From: Octopus sinensis | Taxonomy: Eukaryota | NCBI RefSeq assembly: GCF_006345805.1 | Contig: NC_042998.1 | Location: 161,634,001-161,698,000, forward strand | Length of the DNA stretch: 64,000 bases | Direction: 5' to 3' | In this document: piece by piece, positions 1 to 14,596 of the stretch | Position numbering within the stretch: the first letter of the stretch is position 1 | How the letters are laid out: every line of letters begins with the position of its first letter | Notes under the pieces: model-generated | The model's input: the letters and a program-made list of their open reading frames with translations, nothing else | Database searches by the model: none | Told to the model about the DNA's origin: nothing | Made by a program: the position numbers and the translations under genes

Positions 1-3000
1 ATTCTCTCTCTTCAGCCCCAGCTTCCAACCAGACAGGACACGACTGAGACCAGCTCCATGGAGCTGGCATTTTGACGGCAAACGACGTTGCGAGTCTGTG
101 AAAATGCCTTCGTAGTTTGAGTCTAACTACTAACCCTGCTACTTCCACCCCGGCGTCCATGTTATGGATGTCCAGAGATGAAATGCTTATTTTGGCAAAA
201 TAAATCATTATTGTTTTGTGCACAAAAATCCTATATAAGCATTACATTTGACAGTAATCTAAATGTCAGAGGGTTAAGCTTTCTTCTTGAGGATTCATTT
301 TGATTATTTTCTTTTTTATTTTATGACAAAGTTAATTTTATTAATTTCCAAGTGAGGAAATTTGGATTTTGCAGGCTTGTGGTTTTGTTGTAACGGTATC
401 TTGATTGATGATGAGTCACCGAAGCAGTAATCTGACGGATTAACAAAAAAGTCAATGACAATCAGTTTGTAAAAGTAAATATCAAGAGATATAGCTTGAT
501 CATGGCAATGAGTAAGATATAAATAGATGCTGGCATGGATGTGATGGTTAGAACTTTGCTTTCCAGTCGTGTGGTTTTTGGGTTCAGTCCCACTGCAAAG
601 CATCTTGGGCCAGTGTTTTCTACTATAACCCAGGCCTGACCAAAACTGTGAGTGTATGTAGTAGGCAAGAACTGAAATGCATACACACAAAACATATACA
701 TATATACACAAACAACATATACATACATACACAAACACATACTTCAAACTGCCAGTCAAACACCTTTCTACTGACCATTCCTCTATGCACACGTGAAGAG
801 ACAAACAACTAGACAATGGACCACCACTTATATTAACATGCTGCTGAATTATTCCTACAACATTAAGAGACACAAAATTCATTCATACACACACATGTAA
901 ACAGCCAACACCACACACCAATACACACACACACACACATACACACAGACTTGTGCGTATGCACATATCCACACATATGCACAGATACCTTCTTCTCTTA
1001 CAGTCTCCTGTCTTAGAAAGAGCTTTTTCTTCACCCATTCCCTTCCAGTCATTTCAAAATGTAACCACATGTAGATCGTTGACGATTCTTTTCCTCCGTC
1101 TTCCTTTTCTCTTGGATCTTCCTCTGTCTCCTATTCCTGACGAAGAGCTTTGCTCGAAATGTAAAACTACCTTTCTTTCCTTTCCTGGGCATCTGCTAAT
1201 ACTTTGCATGTATCACATCCTCATGTTGTTTTTTCTTGTGTTTGTTCTTCATTTTTGGGGGGATTTACCATATATATGTATTGTGTATGTGTCTGTCTCC
1301 TTCAGACATTGTACTATAGTTGTAAATAAGTGTCACCAACTTACAAAAAGTGTCCTTCATTTTCAATCTTCCACAGTAACATGTCTAGCCACAGAGAAAT
1401 AGTACTTTGCTTTGAAACAGATGAGGATTGAGGACAAGAAGAATATATGGCTGTAGAAAATTCTGGTAAATTTCATCTGAGCCATGCTAGCATGTAAAGT
1501 AAATGTTAAAACGATGACAATGCTGGTGATAATATAAACATACTTTCTGTTTATATAATAATTTGTAACTTCTGTGGTTGCCCCTACATATAAGTGTTCT
1601 ATTAAATAGTTTGCTCTGGTGAAAAACATTTACTTTTGATGTAGAGACCAGTTGACAGCTTGTGGTATCGAGATTAGTTTCTCCACCTTGGTGATATTTT
1701 TTCTTTATCTGCACACTCACTGTTAGGGAAATACTTTAATAACTTGATTCATGGTAAGTTCCAATGCTGTAAAGGTTAATGGTCATGCCAACATTTCTTG
1801 CATTCATGATAATATTACTGTAACCATTATGAAAATTCATTTCCTTTTTTTGCTAAAACTTCATGCCATAACAAATTACAGTTTCAAACTTCACCTGCCC
1901 AACGGCCAATTCATTAAAAAAGATCATCTTCTTCTTCCAAGAAAACTTCTGAAATATTTTAGCATTTGTATCTTTTAAACTGCTTTATAAATAATAATAA
2001 TAATAAAAATAGGGCCCACAGGGGCTATAATATAACAAAATGAGAAGGGAATTTTTTCTTGAGGCATCTTTAAGAATCCTTAATTCAAACATTTGGGGAG
2101 ACAAAAATGTCTTAGGTATAGAGAGTGGAAGTTTTTAGCCTATTCAGATAATATGGATGAATGGTAGTTTGATTGTTGGCAGGGAAGACGGCTAGTAAGA
2201 TGCTGGAACAGAATGCCCTGAAGCAGAGTGATTCCCATATAAGTGTAATCAACCCCCAGCTGGAATAAGGTTCAGATAAGAATACACATTAAATGCAGTT
2301 ACAAAACTGAGCTGCAATGCAATCGGGAAGAGTATTATATTTCATCATTACATATTTTCTGAAAAGTAACAGCAAGAATTTTTCTCTGTTTCAAAAATAA
2401 TAATGTTTTAAGTTGAAATGTATAGGAAATTTCATTGTTAGCTGCTTAATGACTACCACTTCATGTCAATGTTGAATAATTAGGAGAATGTACAACAAAA
2501 AAAAAAAAAAGAAAAAGAAAAAATGGAAAATAGGATGTTTTTGGGAGTGAAAAATGAGAGACAATCTGATTTGATTAGAATGGAAATAATGAACATTGTG
2601 ATATTGTAATGGAGAAGAGAAATAGTTTTGGTGACAATAGTGGTAATGCTAAACTTAATCATATTCATAATGATTGTAATGATATGGTATATTGTATGCC
2701 ATTGATAATGACAATAACTACAGCCACAAAAATAAATACAATGTTATATACAACACTGATGATTATGACTATCAGCTATGTTAGTTTTGTGAACCTTTAG
2801 CTTGTAAATTCTACTCTGCCAAACATTAAATCTTCAGTTTTAGTTTTGAACTTTACCAAATAGTAATACTAATATAAGCACATATTGGCTACATTTGTAG
2901 CTAAAACAATACTTTACTTAGTATGTAATATACAAAGCAACATTAATGCAGAAAAACAATTGCATATCAAGAAAAATTGAAGCATTGAAACAGCCTATTT

Positions 3001-4280
3001 TGAAATCTTACCCTCTGGCAGTCATCATTTAAACTTGATTTTCACTTCAGAATCATTGCTTTCTGAAAATATCAAATAAAAATCCCTGATGGCCATGAGT
3101 GAAAATGAAAGAGATACAATTTTCAATAGGAAAAAACGATTTTTGTAAGCTCTTCCCCCTCCTTCCTGTACTTGTAGTCACATAAAGGTATCATTTTAGA
3201 TCTTTTTGAAATTTTGAAATTAATATATAGCTATTTGTTTTATGATCTCTACAAATAGATGAAAGGGAAAAATTATTGTAGTTGTTTCAGCAACAACAAC
3301 AGTGTGAGTGTGCATATATATATATGTGTGTGTGTGTGTGTGAAGGAGAGAAAGACAGAGAATGGGGAGAGACGTGTATATGTATACAAAGCAGAGAAAG
3401 AGAGAATATAATAAAAAGAAAACAACAGAAAAATCCTAGTTATTGAGTTGAAATTTGAAATTTAATGTTGCCGCTGATATGATTGAATCCTGGTAAATTC
3501 TTTGGCTGACAACATTAGTAGCTAAGCACAGTTGGTAATTAGGACTGGAGGATGTATTGAATCAAGTTTGGCTATGACATTTTATATTCTTATTGATGAA
3601 CAGGAAAAGCATGTATGAAAAAATAAAATAAATAAAAGTAAAAATAAAAAAAAAGAATAGAGTGAAACAAAATGAAATAAAAATAAAAATAAAATGCTAA
3701 TTCATTTGAATTATTTGTTGGCAATGCAAGCATAAAAATGCATCATGTAAGAAATATTAGATGCTAAAAATTTAAGTGTCAATTTTCATTTTAGTCTCTA
3801 ACTATAGTTTTCTTTGTGTTGTTGCTGATGTGTAACAACAGATATTGGATAACACAGTAGGAATTGTTGTATTAAATTGCACTTTCAAGTAAAAACCTAT
3901 ATCATTGAAACAGACATCGGTGTCCCCCCCCATCCCCACCTCACCCTCCTTCTCCCTGCTCTTCAACACATAAACATATTGTGTTTGTCACTTTGATTGT
4001 GAGATAAAAATAACAGTATCAACAAAGAAAAAAATTATCAAAAAAAAATAAAAGATTAAAATGTGTATAAATATATATGTGTGAGTGTGTGTGTGTGTTG
4101 TGTGTGTGTGTGTGTGTGTTGTGTGTGTGTCTATAGAGAGAAAGACATGTTTGCCAATTGCTTGAATATTTTCAAATATTTTTATTTTCAAACACAGGTG
4201 TTATCAAAAGTTTTGCAACCAATTTAAATTTATTTATTTTATTCACAAAAAAGTCTTCTCAGTGAAAATTTCTTGCAAGT

Positions 4281-4379
4281 AAGTAAGTATGTATGTATGT
4301 ATGTATGTATGTATGTATGTATGTATGTATGTATGTATGTATGTATGTATACAGTACATGTGGGTGTAATATGTATGCA

Positions 4380-4412
<33 letters not shown>

Positions 4413-4419
4413 GTGTGTG

Positions 4420-4450
<31 letters not shown>
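4281..4450. repeat. (TATG)n followed by (TG)/(TA)/(CA) microsatellites
   Basis: Direct reading. Confidence 0.97.
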
Positions 4451-4452
<2 letters not shown>

Positions 4453-5029
4453 ATGTATATATAGATATCCATCTCTCTCTTTCTCTCTAATATGTATATC
4501 AATCTCTCTCTTTTTCTTTCATGTATAATATATATATATATATATATATATTTAAATAAATAGATAAGTAGATAAAGTGATAGGTATGACTGTGATGGCT
4601 AAGAGAAACTAAAGAACTCACATACACACATATATGAGTGTGATCAAGAATCAAACAATCATTTCAAATTCACATTCTATGTTGGCATGGGTGGGACAAT
4701 TTGTTACTGTTTAAGTAGGGTCTCATTTGAATTTACTGTTCTCCCAAGAACAGTTGGAGATCACTTTGCATTCATTGTAGCATTCATTGTAGCAAACCTA
4801 GAGCACCAGAGATTTGTCACACCCTCAAGAAAGCAAGACTGACATTACTCTGAAATCAATGATGTCTATATTTTTGTTTGTCAACCACTTCACAAAGTGT
4901 ACTGAATGTCCCTTATTATAGAGCCATCACTTGTGAGGTATCTGTTGCTGGGATCTTCTCTGTTCTAGTTTGTCTCTCTTCATTCAAAATAATAAATACA
5001 AAAGGACAGTTAAGAGATAGTGACTGCAA

Positions 5030-5590
5030 AAAAAAGAACTAGGATGAGAGGTAGAAAAAAAGGAGAGTATGATGGACTAAAGAAAGTGACAGGGGTGATG
5101 GTATTTGAATATGGGGTCATTGAGAGAGGCAGTGCTAAAATAAGGTTGCAACAAGGAGAAATATAGTGGCATAGAGTAAATAGCAGCTACATGCTTGCAG
5201 ATGAAGAAGAGAGTAAGGAATGGATAACTGCAGAAATGGTCAGTTGTAAGAGTAATGGATATCATGAATGAGAGGTCTAAAGAAGGGGTAGGGAAAATTA
5301 GGAAGCTGTATAGAAGGGCATAGTAATGTGAGCATGGATGAAGAATAGCTGAGATGATGATGATGGACAGAGAATGATGGATGTCAATGAAAGAGTGACC
5401 TTAAGGAGAGGGAGTAGTGGTGCGGAGTACCAGGGGGTAAATAGTGGAAGGGATGCATCAGATACCAATAGATTTGAAGTACTCTCTGCCTCCTTAACCG
5501 ATCATAATGATTTGTAAGAATATAGGGGGAAGTGCAGCAAGATATAGGTGGGGGAAGCGGGGAAGTAGCAGGGCATTGAGTATGCACAGA
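5030..5590 (-). mobile_element. Highly decayed CR1/L2-like LINE 3' fragment
   Basis: Purine-rich plus strand; minus-strand translation loosely resembles the CR1-type ORF2 C-terminus (KHVAAIYSMPLYF...). Motif match is weak. Confidence 0.5.
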
Positions 5591-5904
5591 TCAAATGTTT
5601 TCCTCAATGTACAGGCACAAACATTTATTGATTCACTTATTACTTACAATAAATGATCACACACACACACACACACACACTTATTTTTATCATTTTAACA
5701 TACAATTTTCCATGCTTGTCTATGTCAAATGGATTCCATTAAAGCAGATTTTCTATAGCCAGATGCCTTTCCTGTTGCCAACCATGTTTACAAGGAAATT
5801 AGTGTCTTACACTTGTAAGGTACTAATGTGCATTTACAACTATTGTGAGATGTGAAGACAGGATGCATGCACACACACACACACACTCACATACATTCAT
5901 ACAT

Positions 5905-6240
5905 ATCATCATTGTTTAACATCTGCCTTCCATGCTGGCATGGGTTGGACGGTTTGACAGGAACTGGCCAGGCAGAAGCCTGCACCAAACTTCTGTATCT
6001 GTTTTGGCACAGTTTTTATGTCTGGATGCTCTTCCTAACCCCAGTCATCCCGCAGAGTGGATTGGGTGCTTTTTACATGGCACCAGCACTAGTGAGCTTG
6101 GTTTTGGCATGATCTTTATGTCTGGAGGCCCTTCCAAGCACCAACCACTTTACAGTGTGGACTGGATGCTTTTTACATGGCACCAGCAATGTCAGGGTCA
6201 CCAAGTAACTTGCAAGAAAGGTAAAGGGGGCATTGGAGGA
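5905..6240 (-). mobile_element. 3' fragment of a (GAT)n-tailed retroposon family
   Basis: catcattgtttaacatctgccttccatgctggcatgggttggacgg matches 6815-6885 and the plus-strand tail at about 21325-21370. Confidence 0.6.
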
Positions 6241-9200
6241 GAGTAATCTTTTGTCAGATGATGAAAGGTTATAGTGAAAAAAAGAGACAAAAACAGGTGT
6301 CTTATTGGGGACGAGGTACATGGTTACCCAGACAGAGAAAGAGAGAGAAAAAGATAGGGAGAGAAAGAGAGCAAGAGAGGGATATATATATGGACAATAG
6401 GTATTAAATGATGATGATGATGATGATATATATACACACACGTTTCAGTCATTGGACTACAGCCTAGGTTGCAATGCTGCCTTGAAGGGTTTATTGAAAC
6501 CAGAGAAACCCAGTATTTATTAAGTCTTATTCTACTATGTGTGTGTGTGTGCATGTGTGTGCTCTCCACCACCTCTTGACAACCGGTGTTGGTGTAGATA
6601 TATTCTTGTAACTTAACAGTTCAGCAAAAGAGACCAGTGGAATAAGCACCAGACTTAAAATATAGGTACTGAGGTTCATTAATTCGACTAAAGATTCTAG
6701 GTGGTGCTCCAGCATGGCCACAGTCTAATGACTGAAGCAAGCAAAATATAAAAGATTAGAATATAGGTTTATGCAGCAGATCGACCCTTATTATTTTCAA
6801 ATATATATATATCATCATCATCATCATCATAGTTTAACGTCCGTTCTCCATGCTAGCATGGGTTGGACGACATGGGTTGGACGATATATATATATATATA
6901 TATTAGTTAAAGTAGTGAGGAAGACAAACACTTAGTTAAAGAAGGTCTATGGCATTCAGTTATATTTAATTCAATCTAAAAATAGTGAAATAATACAAAA
7001 CTGATAAAGATAGCAGAGATAGTCTCCGACAGCTGTTTCTAGGACATCATGGCTATTGGATCGTTATATCAAACAAACACTCTATAAAATGGGGATTCTG
7101 TCATTAGAGAAATGTATGATAGACAGTAGAAAGAAAGATCCTCTTTAATAATATTCATTGTGGTTTATTATGTTCAGGAGGGTAGGAGGATTCAATTAAA
7201 TCCATTTGAATCAGTTCTTTCTTAGGTGCATTCTTAGGTAAATCCTTAGGTGAATCCATTATCAGAAGAGTAGTTAAGTAATATATCAAGGTGAGAAAAG
7301 GGAAAGAAAATGCTAGCAGTTGAAAAGTCATGTGAATAATCATTACCATTGATTAATTTAAAACACTTTTTGATAGAAGAAAGGACAATACCCACCAGTT
7401 TTGGTAGAAGAAACAATGGAAAATCTTGTAACTCTGTGACCCGTGATGAGGTTTACCTTGACCTGAATTCCTCATATCTTTTATATATATATATATGTAC
7501 ATATGCACACGCACATTTATGCAGTATTGTAAATAAATCAGTCTTGTAACCTATTCATGTTTCCCAATGGTTTAATGTTGAAGAACTTTCCAAGTGTGTA
7601 ATGGTAAATTAACAATCATCGGATATGGCTGAATATTAAAGTGTATACACAAAGCACATGCATGTGTGCATGCATGCACACACACACATGCACACACACA
7701 CATGCACACACACACACATGCACACACACACACACAGCAATTTCATTGGCAGTGTATTTGAATCTTTTAGAGTTTTCATTTAAAGTTAAGTAGGATTTAA
7801 TTTAAGTGATTTTATATCTCTGAAGACAAATGAAACTAATTTGATGAACATGATGAGGTTACCTGACACAGCTTGAAGTTCTTTGACATACTCTTGGGAA
7901 TGCCAGCATCAATAAAAAAATAAATAACTTTCTTCAAAGACAGCGATGATAATATTATTCTTGTAATCTTATCTATCTGGGATTCTCTTGAAATATTTCC
8001 ACTTTGAGTAATACAGAAACAGGTGTCTTAAAATATAATGATGACTCATTTTTAAAATAATATTTCATATTTTGCATCATGCAGAATTGTGAAAATATTT
8101 TTTTTTTAAATGAATATTTAGCTATTTATTTTTTTTATTTTGTATTTTATCACGTAAAAATGTCTGCTTTAATATATTGATACTTTTTGTACCAGTGAAG
8201 TAACATTCTGAGTTAAACATTTTGTTATATATAAAAACACAATAGATGTTGTGTGTGTATGCATGTGTGATGTAGATATGTGTATGTGTTTGACTTACTT
8301 CTGGATATAACTTGCGTGTGTGTGTGCTTTCTTTAGGTCATCACACTTTTAAGCACATTTTATATTTGCGTAAGTCAGATGCCACTGTATTACATTTTTA
8401 TCAACCTTGGCTTTATTTTTGTATTTTCACAATCATTTATTTTGTAAAGCCTTTTTTCGTTATACTTCTATACCTCCTGTTTTACTATTACTTTGTATTG
8501 ATCCAACAAGGGTGCCTCTGGACAGTTTGCTGACCTATTAGAAGCAGCAGCTATTTATGGTTGTTATTTTTAAATAGAGATAAATGAAGATACTCCATTC
8601 CCCCACACATACATACATACATATATATATATACACACACACATATGTATACACAGAAATGCACACACACATATAGTGAGAGAGAGGTGAAAAGGACTAC
8701 TTATAGTTTAAAACATTTTGAAAAAATTGAAGTTTCAGTTGTCAGTTGATATGCCACAGCTTTCTTTATGGTATCTAGCATCAGTTTTGCTATAATTTTA
8801 AAGGCTGATTAATCCTTCTAATTTACAATAGATCACAAAAGAATTATATTATAGGTTATTGGGTACCAATGTATACCACAGTTTTTATCATGGTAAAGTA
8901 TGTATCTTGCCTGCAGAATATAACTTCAGTTATGTAGAATGCATTTAAGATTAAAGTTGTTTCATTATTTCATAAGTATATAATTAGTTCTTTAAATTAT
9001 TGTTTGAAGCCATGTCAATTCTTGTTATCATTATCATTGTAATGATTTACATCGTAATTATGATTATTTGGTTCATCATCAACATCATTGTCGTAAAATT
9101 CATTCTTATGATCACCATGTCATTGTTAAAATACAATAAATATGAAGTAGTGTATAAAACCCATGTTGATTTATGGAAAAGAACTCAGAGTTAATGAAAA

Positions 9201-10914
9201 GGGCAATGAATACTAATGCAAACAGACAAATAAAAGAACTCTCTTCCAAACTTTATTCAATTGATTTGTCATTGTTTGTGGAAAAGAAAAAAGGGTTGTA
9301 TTCATTGAAACACAAACAATGAACTCTAATCCACAATATTGAAATATAATGTTGGGATGAAATAAAAACAAAACAATTTAAACTAAATTAAAAATGGTAA
9401 CACAACTTATGAGCAGGAAATAAATTTAGTAAAAAAAAACCTACAAAAATCCATTGTCGTATTGATTGTTGCATAAGATATCAACATATTTCAGATATGA
9501 AATTGGAAAATTTGATGAAATGTGCTAATGAACATAAGATAAAAAAAAGAAAAGCAAGAAATTATGTTTAAATTTTGTTTTCGTTTTCTTCCAAAGAACA
9601 AATGTTGTTTAGAATTGTGAAGCAGTTGTAGAGGGAAGGGTGAATGTAGAAACAAAGGCTTCAAGAGAGGTGAAGAAAACAACAAAACCAAATAAAAACA
9701 ACACATATATATATACATATATAAAAAAAAACATGTCCGAGATTTGTTGATGGAAAGTTAGACATTTTTATTACACTCAAATTGAAAGGAAAGGAGGAAA
9801 AGACTAATTAAAGGACAATAAATAGTATAATTGCTTAAATTTGTGGTTTTATTTAGACACTAATTGGATAAAATTTATTGAGGAAAACACTGCCAAAACA
9901 TAGAAAATTACAAATGTAAAAATGAACCATTGATTAAATATAAAAAGCAAACCAAAATATTATCATCAAAAGTGATTGTCATTTGTTTATATTACAAGAA
10001 ATAAGGTTTTTGTCCCATTTTGTTACTGCCACCCTCCTTTAGTTCTTCCTCCTCTTTTTTCTTGAGCAGACAGCTAGCGCCTTTTCTATAGCATTTTGGT
10101 TGCAGCTATTGTTTTCTATATTGACTCAATCTAAAAGTCATGTGGACTTTGCTTTTTTTTTTTAAATTGCTTTTTTTTTCTACATACTTAGATTTCTTTT
10201 CTTATTGTGTTTATTTCCCTGTCATTGTTGTTAATTAGTAAAATCTACCACAATATGTGTAGTTCATATATTTCTCTGCTGGATAGATGTTATTTCATGT
10301 ATTCATATTTTAGATTCAAATATTTTTTTTCTGCTTGTATTTTTTGATTTCTTGATACATTGTTTTCATATGAAGAAAGAAAACAAAACAGATCTGTGTT
10401 TATTCTCAATCATTTATGAGCAAACCAATCAAATATTTGATCGAATCCGATAATTTTTCTTAGAGAAAATGTCATAGTGACAAAATGCTGTAATTTGAAC
10501 CTTTACTTGACACTCCTTACAATGGTTATTTGAAATTTGATTCTGATAATCTCAATGTGAAATTCATAGAAGTTTGTGACAAAGTTGTGTCATGGATATG
10601 TTTAGGTTTTAGCTCCTTCAGCTGCCCTCCTCCTCTTTTTCCTCCCATTCCTCCTCCTCTTCCATCTCTTCCTCCTCCTCTCCCCCTCTTCCTCCTCCTC
10701 CATTTATTCCATGCTTGCACGGATCAGACAAAATTTGTTGAGGCAAATTTTCTATGGCCAGATACCCTTCTAGTTGCCAACACTCAACTGTTTCCAAAAA
10801 AGGTTGTACTTCCTCATAGCCAGACATGTTTCCGGGAAAAATTGGAAACTAAGGCCACTGCTATATGACAGTGACTCGCATTTACAATTATCATGTGATA
10901 TCAAGTCAAGGAGA

Positions 10915-10958
10915 TTAATGATGATGATGATAACAATAATAATAATAATAATAATAGC

Positions 10959-10992
<34 letters not shown>

Positions 10993-11008
10993 GCAATAAT
11001 AATGATAA
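10915..11008. repeat. (ATG)n/(ATA)n microsatellite
   Basis: Direct reading. Confidence 0.97.
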
Positions 11009-11176
11009 TTTCATTTATTTGACACCAGGGCAAAGGATGAGGGGCACTATACAAAACTGACATAAAGTGTGGGTGTGTGCAAATCATGAAATGATAAAAT
11101 AGATAAACAAACAAAAAAGTGTAAGTATACACAGTATACAATGAAAAGGAAGGGAAATATACACAGCTCTTGTAGC

Positions 11177-12120
11177 TCATTCAGAAATGCAACTACAAAC
11201 TATGATGGACAATCTCAACTAAGCATACCGTGCCTTCAGCCTAACAATCAGCCAACAGAAGACCAAGGTAATGGGCCAAGGCATCTTGGATACCCCCATC
11301 ATTAACATCGACAACCACTCACTTGATGTGGTCTGTGAGTTTATGCACCTTGGCTCAACAATTATAGATAGCTTCACACTCAACCAGGAGCTGAACAGGA
11401 GAATCAGGTTAGCAGTTTCGACCTTTATCAAACTAGCTCAAAAAGTATGGTTAAATGGCAAGCTGATGAGATCCACCAAATTTGCAATCTATAAAGTATG
11501 TGTTCTCAGTACCGTGCTATAAGGCAATGGCACATGGCGCCTTTATGCCAGACAAGATTGCTGCCTGAATGCCTTCCTTCGGAGTATTCTCAGGATCAAG
11601 TAGAACAACTGCATCACCAACACCAAGATACCTGTTCCTAGCTATTAACTACTTTCACATTACTTTGGCAATGCCGTCTCTGCTGGCTGGGACATGTGCA
11701 CCAGATGCCTGATGGGAGGTTGCCGAAAGATATACTGTATGGGGAGCTAGCCTCCAGCAGATGTGCTTAAGGATGGCCACATCTCCATTTCAAGAATGAG
11801 ACAAACGTGACATGAAAACCATGAGTACGAATACCAAAACCTGGGAGAACATGGCAAAAGACCATTCCTGCTGGAGACAGACGCTGAGTACTGCCCTGAG
11901 GGAAGGAGATCATATACGTCAGACAGCAGAGGACAGAAGGAGATGCAGGAAGACTGAACCACCAACAAATGACCAACCGACCAACCAACCACATTTGTGA
12001 CCATTGCAGCCATGACTCTCACTCACGCATTGGTCTTGCCAGTCTCAAGCAATGCTGCAACACCAATTCAATCCAAGGTGCAGATCCATAGTCTTTTGAG
12101 ACTAACGGATGCCTATCATC
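11177..12120 (+). mobile_element. RTE-clade LINE, 5'-truncated 3' fragment
   Basis: FSLTISQQKTKVM...EFMHLGSTI...ELNRRIR...KFAIYKVCVLSTVL; LGHVHQMPDGRLPKDILYGEL; WENMAKDHSCWRQ; C-terminal SRIGL motif. Stops and frameshifts present. Confidence 0.9.
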
Positions 12121-12750
12121 ATTGGTTTTGTGTCTGTATTTGTCGCCCCACCATTGCTTGATGTTTGTGTATTTATGTCCCCATAACTTAGCGGTTTGGC
12201 AAAAGAAACCAATAGAATAAGTATTCTTTTCTACTGCAAGGCCTGAAAATTTTGGGGAGGGAGACAGTCGATAAGATCAACCCGAGTATGCAACTGGTAC
12301 TTAATTTATCGACCCCAAAAGGATGAAAGCAAAGTTGACCTTGGTGGAATTTGAACTCAGAATGTAAAGACAGATGAAATACCACTAAGCATTTCACCTG
12401 GTGTGCTAACATTTCTGCCAACTTGCCACTGTTAGGCTTACAAAGAATAAGTCTTGGGGTCGATTTCTTCAACTAAAACCTTTTAAGGCAGTGCTCCAGC
12501 ATGGCTGCAGTCAAACGACTGAAACAACTAAAAAAATAAAAGACAGAGAAAGAATACCATCCATAATATCACCACTTCCTTGATGAAGTAGTTTTGCAGT
12601 GTTATATTAAAATTTATTTTACAAACAGTATCAATGAGAAATATCAAATTGGAGTTAATATCTTTGTTGTCATCTTTCTCATGTTATATTCATATGTCAA
12701 TGTGGTTAACAAGACAGACAAATAAAGATGTAATTTTGTCATCTTTTTAA

Positions 12751-12968
12751 TCCTTTAACATTCATATTACTGTCAAATGTAATGCTTATTTATTCAGATT
12801 GTTTTGAACCAATCAAATAACATCTTGTTGAATCAAGACTTCTATGACGGAACTATTCATTTTTAGAATGACATTGTAGAGTTGGTGTGAGAGGCCAGAT
12901 CTGACCTCTTTCAACATAAATCAGGTGGAATATTTCGGCTGAGTATGGCCACTTTAAATACTAAAGGG
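12751..12968. mobile_element. TTAA-flanked (piggyBac-like) MITE
   Basis: ttaa-tccttta...taaaggg-ttaa ends; homologous to 51155-51343 in the opposite orientation and to partial copies near 180-278 and 45480-45580. Confidence 0.75.
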
Positions 12969-13403
12969 TTAATGTTATAAAGTGTTTTAGGACAATTTTT
13001 GGAAACACTGACATGGTTTAAAAAATTTTTTTTTTATTTATTAATCTCTGTTTACATAGTCAAATATGAAGATTTGGGGAAAGTTAAGAATGTTTTGATT
13101 ATGTCATATGTCAAAAAGTGAAAAATCTACAAAAGCTTTAGCTGAAACAAGGAAGGTACATATACCTTCAAATCTGGCTTAAACAAAGCTTTATTGACTT
13201 ATTTTGACACTGATTATTTTTCTATCAAAACTTTTATACTTGTCCTAAAATTTCCAAATCTGTTTATGCATTCTTCATTCTTACCAAAATCCAACAATAT
13301 AAAATACGTTCATTAATTGTATTTTCTCTTGCCATTCATCTATAGAATGTAAACACCACTTGATGATCTTTCTCCATCATATAAATTAGAATAAATTAGA
13401 ATA

Positions 13404-14596
13404 GAGAGGTGGTATCAAAAGGTTCACAGACTAGTTATGTTTAATAAAAAATAACTTATTTACCTAAGTTTGAACATCATCTTCTTCGAAATAGTCACCT
13501 TTCACAGCATTACACCGGTCCCAACATTCCTACCACTTTTGGAATCCAGCCTGGAAGTTGTTTTCCATAAGTGATGCTGAGGACTTTCTGCAATTTGTTC
13601 TGGATCTTGACAATGGAGTTAAAAACGGTGACCTTTGAGCTGCCTTTTTATCTTGGGGAAGAGATGAAAGTCCACAAGTGTTAAGTCTGGTGAATAGGGT
13701 GAGTGTGGAAGCAATACCCTGTTGTTTTTGGAGAGAAACTCACGTGTGAGGAGAACTTGGTGACATGGTGCATTGTTGTCATGAAGAATCTAATTCTTTG
13801 CATTCCACAGATCTGGTTGCTTTTGTCAAATGTCCTCCCTCAAACATTTCAAAAGATTGCAGTAGAACTCTTGATTGACTGTCTAGCCCCGGGAGACGAA
13901 TTCCCAATGCCCAATATCACATTTTTGGGGGTGATGCTTATGGCAGGTCTTCTAAGTCACTTATCACCTTCTAGGGATGTTCTACTTTTGCAAATGGCCA
14001 GGTTGGAGGCCCAACCTTCAGAGTTCTTTTACAGAACTGAGGAAAACTGGAGGACCACTGCAATAAGTGTGTGAATCTGAGAGGGGAAAATGTTGAATAA
14101 AATCATAATTAACTGATCCTCCTGTATTTTCTTTTACCCAAAGCCAGGAGCTTTTCAGCATCTCACGTATTCCATTTGGTAGAAACATATTACACAGTTA
14201 ACCTATACCTGTTACCAACCTTCTATCTGCATTAGTAACACCTTAAAGGTAATTTGCATAATTTTGAGTGCCTGTGCCACTTGAAACATTGCATACAACC
14301 TGTTGCCTCATAACCATAAGCTTTCCAAAGCATGTTCATTGTGTCTGTGGCTAACTTTCCAAGTTTAATGCAAAATTTAACATTAGGTATTTGTTTTACT
14401 TCCTGTCCATGACAAAATCACAGATTACAGCATACAGCAAAATCACAAATTTCACAACTTGTGAATTAAACACAGTAATGTCACTTGGCACACTGCCTCA
14501 TGAAAGTCACTGCTAGCTCTCTCTAGCATGCAACCATGTGCTGCCATCTGTTGGTGCACTGCAGAACTAATTCAGGAACTTTTTGATACCACATTG
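13404..14596 (-). mobile_element. Decayed mariner-type transposon
   Basis: Degenerate TIRs (ggtatcaaaaggttc / gaactttttgatacc) with TA flanks. Minus-strand relic reads ILHDNNAPCH...PHSPYSPDLTLVDFHLFPKIK...WDRCNAVKGDYFE at about 13470-13900. Confidence 0.85.
13970..14130. mobile_element. Mariner-derived MITE nested inside the mariner relic
   Basis: Homologous to 42063-42279 (shared gttgaataaaatcataa.taactgatcctcctg.attttctttta); ends aagccaggagcttttcagcatctcacgta. Confidence 0.7.

Noticed and set aside
10490-10615. Coding-like frame FEPLLDTPYNGYLKFDSDNLNVKFIEVCDKVVSWI
   Set aside because: Preceded by an in-frame stop, has no usable splice sites and runs into a CCT repeat.
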